Shown: one piece after another, positions 19,201 through 28,400 of the stretch
Numbering within the stretch: the first letter of the stretch is position 1
Layout of the letters: each line of letters starts with the position of its first letter
From: Lachnospiraceae bacterium UBA4364
GTDB lineage: Bacteria > Bacillota > Clostridia > Lachnospirales > Lachnospiraceae
NCBI GenBank assembly: GCA_002393955.1
Contig: DGSK01000003.1
Span: 18,516-82,515, forward strand
Direction: 5' to 3'
Length of the DNA stretch: 64,000 nucleotides
The notes under the pieces: model-generated
Seen by the model: only the letters and a program-made list of their open reading frames with translations
What the model was told of the DNA's origin: nothing
Database searches by the model: none
Program-made: the position numbers and the translations under genes

Positions 19201-19292
19201 GAAATGCCGAAAAAAATAATAGCAATATCGATACGGCATCTCTCTACAGGACGGCGAAGACTTTCCTGCAGACTATCGGAGAGACGCAGTGA
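16209..19292 (+). CDS. Large acidic flagellar-locus protein (1027 aa) with a FliK-C-terminal-like domain
   Basis: A long uninterrupted ORF directly upstream of flagellin, with no hydrophobic segments. The C-terminal ~110 aa (IPMEINGELTAVTVKIL...GNIKAHFEIS...IFRALSARLSARFAENGLNVKDFSF) follow the beta-beta-helix pattern of hook-length-control C-domains. The assignment is tentative. Confidence 0.45.
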   Translation: MNGNEIGSIIQHNRNGNNYNADALTHTLNNVNKIKDHEAAAKSGAAGFTLNIGDGMGQGMMPLTDADKKSAASALRQVTSGVPEDVMKDRMIVMSNTMSDEAYKKAAENGYSLSGMDPEEAVTIADEIKITMAKAGVVIKGYNDDLTTEQLEAVTGSAAMANEISESLHAAGVPATESNVKDMKELVDMADSLKAPSHEVKNYLVENELPPTIQNIYYAEHSVSEASSSMRNPGGAGNPAADRMDSAIDSSETIKKQIEKIIKSAGFEADTENYDIARQMVHDGLVLDEKSFTAMHDLQDMDFPIGRERILKSGADAIASGLSAMQADPVHEGSLIERAVKAADVVETAASDARYVRELVDRDMLLNVKNLAAVTEKLPAIAEADKVSVSSALTGIDNELNESVQDESQVLMAAADNSGSDAKYITAYRRMEEARLSMTVEANLSILRMGVDIDITELSDLVDRLKLAEAEINKKKFGTDDSAAASERASIYNETMQTVSELPKLPVSVIGSMVIADKEEALFRADYGINNVTLEDFSARGREQRNRYELAGEAYESLQTEVRADLGDSIQKAFAHADSLLNELGIEASEGNLRAARVLGYNHMEISSENIALVDEACSVVDNIIEKMNPAATLDMIRNGINPMKLSMKELEQRLDALETEDTGERYSEYLVRMQDRGLITDEEAESFVGIYRMMHQTELKDGAAIGALLSQGREISFTNILSAIRSAHRAGMDISVDDGFGGLESNIDKNIEAQIETAFRQVQAESMSDNIKDAADASAQIYRELVESEVIATAEHVRGLKRLRSDRGEVFDDIRKIAASTGDDWLVTSGYKRVLDNFDNEDSAKSVYNEIMDLMGAVVRQSFASEGEDIDVRQYSLTMAQLSVAGSLSRNESYEIPMEINGELTAVTVKILHGSGKTPAADISLKTEKYGNIKAHFEISDDESGLTGFAVSDKEGSDVIFRALSARLSARFAENGLNVKDFSFAVSARTDVNLSGRNAEKNNSNIDTASLYRTAKTFLQTIGETQ

Positions 19293-19411
19293 CAGTAAAA
19301 GACGCAGCAGACCAAACAACTACCGAAGCAGTTATAAAACGGAAATCTTAGGATCGTCCGTGTAAGCCGCGGAACATCAGAATTCTGAGTGATCCCACAT
19401 AAGGAGGAAGC

Positions 19412-20551
19412 ATGAGAATAAATTACAATGCAAGCGCAATGCACACCAATAAGGCACTTAACCGTACCGATAATCTGATGACGCAGTCCATGCAGCGTCT
19501 TTCTTCGGGATTAAAGATCAATTATGCCAAGGATAATCCTGCAGGGCTTGCGATAGCAAACCGTATGAATGCGCAGATAGAAGGTCTGGGCGTAGGCTCA
19601 AGGAATACCAACGACGGCATATCGGTAGTGGAAACTGCAGACGGAGCCCTTTCGGAAGTTACTTCCATAATCCAGAGAATGAATGAGCTTGCTGTTCAGG
19701 CAGCTACGGATACCAAGACCGACTACGACAGAGGGATCATCCAGGCTGAGATAGAGCAGCTTCAGAAGGAGATCACACGTATCGCAAAGGATACGGAATT
19801 CAACGGACAGTCCCTTTTGGACGGTACATTTGATCTGAAGGGATATTCGGATAATCCGGATGTGAAGGTTGACTATTACACGGAGGATGTGGATCCCGGA
19901 AAATATACGGTAGATATAGGTGCCCTTCTCAATGCGGATGGTACGGTGAACCTGGGAGCCCTGGGACCGGAGTTCCCTAATGTGGGTACACTCAGCGGAA
20001 CTGCCGAGCAGGTATTCGATGTTAACGGTAATCTGGCAGAAACAAGGTATAAGATACTCGGCACCGGCGGATTCGAGCTTAACCTTACGGCTGCCGCAGG
20101 GGCTTCGGGAACGGTAGAACTGGATATTACCGGTATCGGTGCCATGAAGATACAGACCGGCGCAAACGAGGGCAACGAGCTGGCGATTCAGATCAGGACA
20201 GTCTCATTGGAAAAAATGGGTATCCCTGACGATCCCAAAAATCCCTTAAGAATGGATGTTTCCACTCAGGCGGGTGCATCAAATGCAATAGATGCCCTGT
20301 CAGGTGCCCTGGAATATATCAACAGTGTGCGGTCAAAGCTTGGTGCGTACCAGAACCGTCTGGAGCACAATGAGGCAAGTGTTAAGGTTTCAGAGGAAAA
20401 CATGACTTCATCCTACTCCAGGATAATGGATGTGGATATGGCTGAGGAGATGACAGAGTATACTACCCAGCAGGTACTCACCCAGGCCGGCATTTCCATG
20501 CTTGCCCAGGCTAACGAGAGACCTCAGCAGGTACTGCAGCTGCTGCAGTAA
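19412..20551 (+). CDS. fliC: Flagellin
   Basis: The N-terminus is MRINYNASAMHTNKALNRTDNLMTQSMQRLSSGLKINYAKDNPAGLAIANRM. The C-terminus is LGAYQNRLEH...MDVDMAEEMTEYTTQQVLTQAGISMLAQAN. A strong RBS AAGGAGGAAG precedes the start. Confidence 0.95.
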   Translation: MRINYNASAMHTNKALNRTDNLMTQSMQRLSSGLKINYAKDNPAGLAIANRMNAQIEGLGVGSRNTNDGISVVETADGALSEVTSIIQRMNELAVQAATDTKTDYDRGIIQAEIEQLQKEITRIAKDTEFNGQSLLDGTFDLKGYSDNPDVKVDYYTEDVDPGKYTVDIGALLNADGTVNLGALGPEFPNVGTLSGTAEQVFDVNGNLAETRYKILGTGGFELNLTAAAGASGTVELDITGIGAMKIQTGANEGNELAIQIRTVSLEKMGIPDDPKNPLRMDVSTQAGASNAIDALSGALEYINSVRSKLGAYQNRLEHNEASVKVSEENMTSSYSRIMDVDMAEEMTEYTTQQVLTQAGISMLAQANERPQQVLQLLQ

Positions 20552-20577
20552 CTATAACTGAACGAGCGGAACTACAT

Positions 20578-20780
20578 GGATGCTGCATCGAATTTATTTC
20601 TGAACGGTCACGATGCGGTTTTAGCTCCGGGGAAATCCATTGCCTACTGTGCCTTGGTGTCCGGTACAGGGCTGCGAGACAGCGGTTTTTGCTGGCTCGC
20701 ATGTGACGGACACGTAGGCACAGTTGGCAATTAGTTTCACGGGGCGTTGCATCGGTTCAGAAATAAATCGTGCAGCATCC
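20578..20780 (+). other. ~200-nt rod-like imperfect hairpin between fliC and fliS (structured RNA or palindromic element)
   Basis: Nested complementary segments read directly: GGATGCTGCA/TGCAGCATCC; ATTTATTTCTGAAC/GTTCAGAAATAAAT; CGATGC/GCATCG; TTGCCTACTGTGCC/GGCACAGTTGGCAA; GTGTCCG/CGGACAC; and an apical GCGAG-CAGC-ggttttt-GCTG-CTCGC. Confidence 0.7.
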
Positions 20781-20817
20781 GAGTGCACAGACTAATACAT
20801 TACAAGGAGGATCATAC

Positions 20818-21309
20818 ATGACAGGCGAGAAGAAACAGGAATTCATGCTGCGTATCAGCGAAGCCAACAGGAGCCGTATGGTTGTCATTCTCTACGATAT
20901 GTTTCTTACCTATGTAAAGGAGGCGGAGAACAGCCGCATGGGTGAAGTCTTTACCCTTGAAGACATGAATACATACAAGACCGGCATAAGGAATGCCAAG
21001 GCTGTACTCAGGGAACTGATAGATTCACTTAATATGGAATATGACCTGGCAAGACGCACTTATCAGATATACCGTTTCGTTGAAAGGGAACTGATAATGG
21101 CGGATATCCGCAGGGATCCCACAGGACTGGGAGAAGCTGAGAAAATAATGAAGAGCTTAAGGGATGCCTATGCAAGTGCTACGGAAGAGGATAGCGCAGA
21201 GCCTATTATGAAGAATACAGACACAATATACGCCGGCATGACCTATTCCAGAGGAAAGCTTGCTACAGACAGTGTGGCAAGCGGTACGAACCGGGGATTT
21301 TTGGCATAA
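20818..21309 (+). CDS. fliS: Flagellar export chaperone FliS (with a C-terminal extension)
   Basis: The start was moved to ATG 20818 after AAGGAGG. RMVVILYDMFLTYVKEA...NAKAVLRELIDSLN...YQIYRFVERELIMADIRRD...AEKIMKSLRDAY follows the four-helix FliS pattern. It sits directly after flagellin. Confidence 0.7.
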   Translation: MTGEKKQEFMLRISEANRSRMVVILYDMFLTYVKEAENSRMGEVFTLEDMNTYKTGIRNAKAVLRELIDSLNMEYDLARRTYQIYRFVERELIMADIRRDPTGLGEAEKIMKSLRDAYASATEEDSAEPIMKNTDTIYAGMTYSRGKLATDSVASGTNRGFLA

Positions 21310-21372
21310 AATAAAACCGGGTACGATATGGGTACGCTATGTAGTTGAAGAAGACGGATCGGTTTACAGAAA

Positions 21373-21416
21373 GAACACGGATATTGGATATTGTTTCCTA
21401 TATCCGTGTTTTTCTT
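21373..21416 (+). terminator. Rho-independent terminator after fliS
   Basis: ACACGGATAT-(15-nt loop)-ATATCCGTGT followed by TTTTTC. Confidence 0.7.
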
Positions 21417-21610
21417 TGTGTAGTATTAATAAAATTTTCGAATTGTTTTCTTTTTTTTTGGTAAAACCCACAAAAATAGTATAAAATTGTCATAATGGTA
21501 CGCTAAAGTCGGTTTTTATTCGGTTTTGGGTACGATAGGTTGTTTATACTGTAGCAGAAGCAAAAAGTTATTTTGGGCTGCAAAAGGTGAAGCGGAAGGA
21601 GGAAGCTTAC

Positions 21611-22438
21611 ATGAAGATTTTTAGTCCGAGCAGTGAACAGATTGAGGAAATGCGTGGCGTCTGGGATGACAGCCTGATCGAACAGGTGAACAGCGGTGAA
21701 TATCCTGCCCACGTATTTGTGGACGAAGAGGAAAATGAGCTGGTTGCATTATATGTGCTCAGTGTTAACTCTCAGATCGTCAATGTCGTAAATTATTATT
21801 GCAATTCGAAGTATGAGGATATGTTCGGAACACATGCTATGGTATTTGATGATATTTTAGATGTGGCTCAGAGCACAGGGATGAATTCGATAGTCGTGCC
21901 TGTTGAGGCATTTGGTTATAAAGCACTTGCGGAGTATCTTGAGGATTTCGGTTTTACTAAGGAAAAAATTTCTTCAAAGCTTTCTGCAACTGTTGACAAG
22001 GTGGTTTCCTCCATTTACAAGGGAAAAGTACCTGCCGGTGTTAAATCGCTTTCAGAAGCAACAAAGGACGAGAAAAAGGCTATACATGAAATAGCAGGTG
22101 CCGAGCTTGAAGCAAGCATCAGCATCAATACCATGGATATAGACTTTGATGGTGAGTGCAGCTCTGTTCTTGTGAAAAACGGTGAGGTCGCAGGTTTTGC
22201 CCTCTGTTCATATAAGGGCGATTACGTATATCTTGATTATCTTTATATCGCGAAAAAGAGTCAGGCAGCAGGCATGGAAATGCTGGGTGTATCGGCAAAC
22301 AAGGTTCTCGAAAAATATGGAAAGAAGATAAAGTTCGAGGCATTACTTGCAACCGATGAATCTGAAAAGCTTGCTAAGAAGCTGATACCGGGCGGAAAGT
22401 ATACGAATTTCACCCTTTATCGTTGGGATATAGCATAA
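21611..22438 (+). CDS. Hypothetical 275-aa protein, weakly GNAT-fold-like (two halves), co-operonic with the giant ORF
   Basis: ATG 21611 follows GGAAGGAGGAAG. The segment YLDYLYIAKKSQAAGMEMLGVSANKVLEKYG loosely resembles GNAT motif A, but the canonical R/Q-x-x-G-x-G/A is degenerate. The stop lies 18 nt before the next start. Confidence 0.35.
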   Translation: MKIFSPSSEQIEEMRGVWDDSLIEQVNSGEYPAHVFVDEEENELVALYVLSVNSQIVNVVNYYCNSKYEDMFGTHAMVFDDILDVAQSTGMNSIVVPVEAFGYKALAEYLEDFGFTKEKISSKLSATVDKVVSSIYKGKVPAGVKSLSEATKDEKKAIHEIAGAELEASISINTMDIDFDGECSSVLVKNGEVAGFALCSYKGDYVYLDYLYIAKKSQAAGMEMLGVSANKVLEKYGKKIKFEALLATDESEKLAKKLIPGGKYTNFTLYRWDIA

Positions 22439-22456
22439 AAACGGAGGACATATAAT

Positions 22457-25400
22457 ATGGATTTCAAAGAGAAAGAAAAAAAGGAAAATAAAGCGATCAA
22501 CGCCCAGAATGAGCAGAAAAACGAGCAGCAGAATGTAGCTAATCAGCCTATTCAGCAGAATCCTGTAAATCAGGCTCAGCCTATCCAGCAGCAGAATAAT
22601 AAAGATGCTAAAAAAGAGAAGGATAAGAAGAAAAGCAAGAAGAAGGATGCCAAGGCTGTTGAACGGGCAGAGGAAGAGGTAATCCCTGAGGTTAAAGCGG
22701 ATTCCATGGAGGCTGCTGAGGGTGAATACATGGACTTCCTGCTTAAGCAGAAAGGCTTCCAGAATACCAGCTATAAAGACAAGAAGTTCAGTGTGAGCAA
22801 CAAGCCCGATCTTCTCCGCGTCAATAGCTTTATGAATAATCAGCTTCATGAAGAAAATTATCTGGATGTAAGCTGGTCTCTTACCAAGAAGGAATTACAG
22901 ATGATCCGGGATAAGAGGAACAAGTGCTGGTTCTTTGCGGATTCAAGAGCTAATAAGCTTGAGAAGAAACTTAAGAAGAATCGAAATTTCCAGATTGCAG
23001 CAGGTATGTTTGCACAGCACAGAGAGATTCTTGAAACTGCAGCAAAGGAGCTTAAGAGCGGCAAGGAGTCAGAGTTTGAAAAGTTTGGTATGCGTTCATC
23101 AAAGGAAATGTATGCCGAAATGACAGAGCTTCTTAAGCAGACATATGTTAAGAGCCAGGGAAAGGCAGCTGTAAAGGGATTCTTTGGCTGGAAGCCTGAT
23201 AGTGAAGTCAATATGGCATATGTTGCAAAGCAGGCTACAATGAGTAATATTTTCTGTGAAAATAAGCTCAAGGAATTTGCAAATCTCAATATTGTAGCAA
23301 ACCGTGAAATAGATAAGACAGTCCAGGCCAGGATGCTGTCTTACTGTAAGCTCGGTTATAACAGCAACATGGTCCTGTATGAGTGCATGGAGAATAAAGG
23401 ACACAAGATGACTGCCAAGCTTAAGGAAGATGCAAAGAGAAGAGCAAGCCAATTTGAGATGATGCAGTTCTTTGTGGAAAATGCGCATAAGCCTGAATTT
23501 TTTGAGGCAGGAATAGTTACATGGGGTCAGATGTTCAAGGAGGCCAGTGAAGCGGCTGACTATGCAGGCGCCGGCAATATGGCTAAGGGCGAAAAGAATG
23601 CATATTATAACGCTCTCCTTAGCGGTATTCTTACCAACAAGATCCGTCAGGCTAAGATGAAGCTTAACGGCTGGTATGAGCTTAAGGATAAGACTGCAGA
23701 GGATGCCCAGATAGAAAATGCAGCTAAACAGGGCGAGAAGAAGGAAGAGAAGAAAGAAGAGAAAAAAGAAGAGAAGAACGTAGAAGGTAAGCAGGAAGAG
23801 AAGAAAGAAGAAAAGAAAGAAGAGGGCAAGAAGGACGAAAAGAAAGCCGAGAAAAAGAAGAAAGGGAAAGAGAAGCCCGATCCTTTCGGAAGAACCAAGG
23901 AACAGATAGCTTTCGATGCTGAGCTGTCTAGGGCTCATAATAAGCTTATTGGATATGGTGAGGAAAGACAGAAGCAGCAGGATGCGATGAAGAAGCAGGA
24001 GACATCCGTATGGAAAGCTGTATGGGGCTGCTGCAATACAATGAGCGAAAGCGTGGACGATGACACAAAGCTTGCTGATGAAAGATGGATAAGGGGTGTT
24101 ACTCACAATGATATCGATCTTATGAAGGATCGTCTTGATGATATAAATAATACTGTTACTAATTTTGTATTCTCAGATGAGATGATGACTGATCCTGAAA
24201 GTTATCTCAGGGGCAACCTGAAGGAATACCTGAAGCTTCGCGGATATTTCACAGCATACGAGAAGTTAAGTGACTTAAGCATGTTTGGAGAGACTAAAAA
24301 GTACTCTGCAATAGATAATTATTTCTCTCAGGCAAGAGGAAAGTACCTGTGGGTATTTGGCGACCAGCAGACCAGGGCGATCGACAAGAACCGTATTGCA
24401 CCCTGGAAGGCTTTCCAGGCATTTGCCGACAGGCTCCTTAAGCAGAAAGGGATCAATCCTGACAATACCGGCTTGGTAAGCGGTTATGCTACATTTGATC
24501 AGTGGAAAGATGCCCAGTTCAAGAATGAAGATGAAAAGAAGAAAGAGCTGGATAAGGTAGTAAAAACTATCAAGGAAAAGAATGCACTGATCCTGAAGGA
24601 TCAGTTCAGGATGAATTATGCCTATGTTTTCGGCTTTGAGGATGAAAAGGGCAATATTGATATAGGCTTTGAGAGGAAGATCAGAGAGGCATTCGGCAAG
24701 GATGTTACAAGCGTTGATGATACCCTGAAAACTCTCAGGGAGATGAAGCCTAATCTTCAGGGCGCTATCGAAAATATGGCGGGAATGCTTGAGTACATGA
24801 CCAAATATCCGGTTGAGGAGTTCCCGGCTATGTACAAGGGGCTGGATGTTTTTGACAGCAAGAAGGAAACCGCAGCATCCCTGATGAGGAAGCTTGAGGT
24901 TTGGAAGCTGAGATACGGCTCATATACAACCTTCATAGATAAGTATGACGCTGGTGACAAAAATGCGAAAAAGCTTGTTGAAGAAGGTATAGCAGAAAAG
25001 ATTGACTGCCAGGAGCTGCTTAAGAGAGCTGAGGAAACCGCAATTGCTGAAAATGCAGTAAAGGGCGGTGACTATAAGACCTTCCGCGGTGTTAACCGTA
25101 TGAGGGAGTATGTAGATACATTTAAGGAATATGGCTATCATAAGGACTATGCTACCGCAACGAAATTTGTGGCAGACTTTAAGTTCACTAAAGAATGGGA
25201 TAAGCCGGATTTTGTATATGCAAATATCGAGACATACTCACGCCTGATACTCAGTATCGATACGATAGAGAATTTTGGCAAAGAGGTTGTTGAAGAATCC
25301 ACACCTGCATACAAGAATAAGCTTTTATCGACTATTGAATTCTTTAAGGCTTACAGACGGCACATGAACCATCAGCTGGTACAGAAGTATAAGATCAATC

Positions 25401-28400
25401 CCGAACAGATGGCTTATGCTACGGATGAGATGGTTGAGAAGGCCAAGGCTTATCTGGCACCTGATCAGAAGAAGGAGCCTGAGCATAAGCGCTTTAAGAA
25501 TATCAGAAATGCATTTGGTTTAAAGTGCTGGCAGGAAGATCATGCTGAGGATGGCTTTAAGATGTCTGACTATGTATATGACAAGAAGCTCATAGAGTTC
25601 GGACGTCAGGAGCTTCAGCGTAAGGACTATGAGGCCAAGATACTTGAGGGCAAGGCAGAGTATATAGATTACCTGCGCCTGCTCGTAATCAAGACCAGAC
25701 AGCTTAATGCTAAGAATCTTCCGGAGAAGCAGAAGGAAGTATTCAAGGGTCAGATTAAGAACCTTGCATACAGGGCGTATACATGCATGGCAAACGAAAA
25801 GTTCAGCAGGCCCAGAAATGCCATTAAGTCGAGTGACAATGAAATAACCAATACGGTACTCATGGACTATATGTACAGGGATGAGCTTAAAGATGATGTG
25901 GACTATCTTGGAATCCTTGAAAAGGCATATAAGAGCGAGCTGACGAACAAGTGGCAGGGTGATGTTGAGAGACAGAATAAGCAGCAGGAATCCGCTACGA
26001 ATTATCATAATAGCCTTGGCATGAAACGCGAAAGAGAAAGCTCTAAGTTTGTAGACCGCAAGGAGGCAGAGCTTATAAGCATTGATGCGGATCTCAGGGC
26101 AAAGCTTGTAAAAGAACTGGAAAAAGAAATTGAAAAGCCTGAGAACGCTGAAGCAAAGGCAAAGTTTGAAGAAATAATTGCGGACATTAAGGCGGATAAT
26201 GATCATGGTCGGTTTGCAATATTTGTAATGTGCAATACTAAGGACAAGTTTATTAAAAAGTATGGCGCAGGACTGTCAGAAAAGACAAAGGATCTGATCA
26301 GAAAAGTACATGTTTCCTCGTATTATGCAGGTCAGCTCCAGTTTGATCCGGATGAAGTCAGGTCTGCGGATCAGAAGATTGAAGATCTGTGCAAGGCATT
26401 TTCGACTTTTGAGCAGATTGATAAAGTCAGAGAAATGGAAAAGAGCGGAAAAGACAAGACTGACTTTGAGGAGTATAACAGGCAGAAAGAAAAGCTTACA
26501 TTCATGTCTGATGTTGAAGATGATATGAACATGGCTAATAGACAGATTTCCGAGTCATCGCTTCCTACATATTACAAGCTGTGTAATGATGCGGATATTC
26601 TCAGTAACTTTGTAAACGAGCATTCATTTGTAAATGCTGAAGCAGAGGAATCCTTAAGGAAGCGTATTGCATCACTGGAGGAAGTAAATGCGGTAGCAAA
26701 CAGAAAGGAGAGGCTTGCTGTTTCAAAGTCAGCTAAGGATCTTGTCTTTGCACTGTCGAGAAAGGGACAGTTTAAGGATGGAAACAGCCTGAGCTTTGCA
26801 ATTGATAATCTCCTTCGTTTCAGAGGTGTTACACTGACACAGTCGACCATCGAGAACTGGAAGCCCGGCGTGGGTAATCTGCAGAAGCTTGATGATAAGC
26901 GTATGGCTGACCTGGATAAGATGGCTGAGAGACTGGCAAAGGGTGATGTTGAGATGGGCGACTATGCAGGAATGATCACCAAAGTAATGCCTGATGTGGT
27001 TATCCGTCAGAAGAAATTCGCCAGCAATAAGCTCACAGATGAGAATATCAACAACTTTAAGACCACTGTCATTGATGCACTGACAAAGGATAAGACACCC
27101 GTTGCCCTTAAGATGAACGGAAAGTATTATACTGTCACAAGTTATGATGAAAAGACCGGAGAAGTTAAGGTTGAATATCAGAATGAGGCGGCAAGGTCAA
27201 TAAAGCTTGAAGCTCTTTTCAACGAGGCTTCAATGAAAGCACCTGAGAATGCAACAGCTGAGGAGAAAAAGAAATACAACACCGGCATAGAGGTGACATG
27301 GCTTAAGGATATCCAGTTTGCTGAGGATACGATTGTGCACCTTAAGGATTATGAGGGCGGCAAAGATGGAGTGGGCGCTCATAAGAAGGGTGATATAGAA
27401 GAAAACTATAAGATATTCAGTGAAGAAGAAAAGGCAAAGTACCGTAAACTGGATCCGTCAAGCAATAAAATGTTTGCCTTGGAGGATCTTGTGCACAACA
27501 GCTTATTTGATCCGATATCCACAAAGGTAATAAAGGATGCTTCAGGTAATTTCATATACTTTGACAACGATGGCAAGGCTGTCATAAAGGACGATAAGCT
27601 TGCGAAGTATGGAAAGAATATACCTATGGACGCACTTTGCATAAAGGAACAGGGCCAGGATGATGTTGAGAGTGACATTACAATATATCCTGAAACCTAT
27701 GCCGAGACTACAAAGGTTAAGAGCAAAGATATAAGCAGGCTGAATGAGTATCTCTACAAGGACAATAAGTCAAAGGTTATTTATGAAGCTTCTGCATTAG
27801 CGCTTCAGGCACAGAGACAGTCTGTACCTCAGATTATTGAGAATCTGAAGCTGGAAGCTGTACAGAGAACCTTTATAGCTGCTCAGATGGAGGTAGACCG
27901 CTTAAAGGATGATAAGAAGAAGATCAGCGATACAGAGGGCTTTGATCTGACCTGCAATATGGTAAATACAGGTAAGGAGTATGATAAATACGAATCCACA
28001 AGGAAGCAGATGGATGAGTCTGCCAAGAATGCCAAGAATTCAAGAAAGCCTGCAATTACCGAAATTCCCAAGGTTAAACAGGAAGCTCTTGACTATGGCG
28101 AGAAATTCAAAATTGCATTAGAGGAAGGAAAAATTGAATATGCAGCGACCCTTTATTCCCTTGCTTTAAACAGGATCAATTCCCTTAATCAGGTGATGGG
28201 CTTCAAGGAAAGATGGAATTTCTCAGACCGTATTTCAAAGAAGATCATGGATAAGCTCTACAAGCAGAAATATGACGTGGTACGCAAAAATTACATTGAT
28301 GCAGCAGATAAGCTTGGTGAATATGATGCAAAGATGGCAAAAATCGACAAAAAGGTCGGCAAGCTGGAAGCTAATAATGTCAAAGGTGTAGCATACAAGT

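Noticed and set aside
19293-19411. A sigma-28/SigD-type promoter and CsrA-type GGA sites in the fliC leader
   Set aside because: TAAA-N15/16-(T)CGTCCGTGTAA only loosely resembles TAAA-N15-GCCGATAA. The two GGA motifs (CTTAGGATC and the SD AAGGAGGA) are suggestive, but there is no csrA or fliW gene in the window and no clear hairpin presentation. This is too weak to call.
21260-21484. 74-aa + strand ORF overlapping the fliS 3' end and running through the terminator
   Set aside because: It has no RBS and reads through a strong terminator hairpin and the T-rich promoter region.
23099-24106. 335-aa - strand ORF (and an 83-aa ORF) inside the giant gene
   Set aside because: It is the antisense reading of the polypurine (E/K) tract. 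It yields F/L/S-rich nonsense, has no RBS, and is fully embedded in an 8.5-kb + strand ORF. The same reasoning applies to 25520-26206 and 28408-29103.
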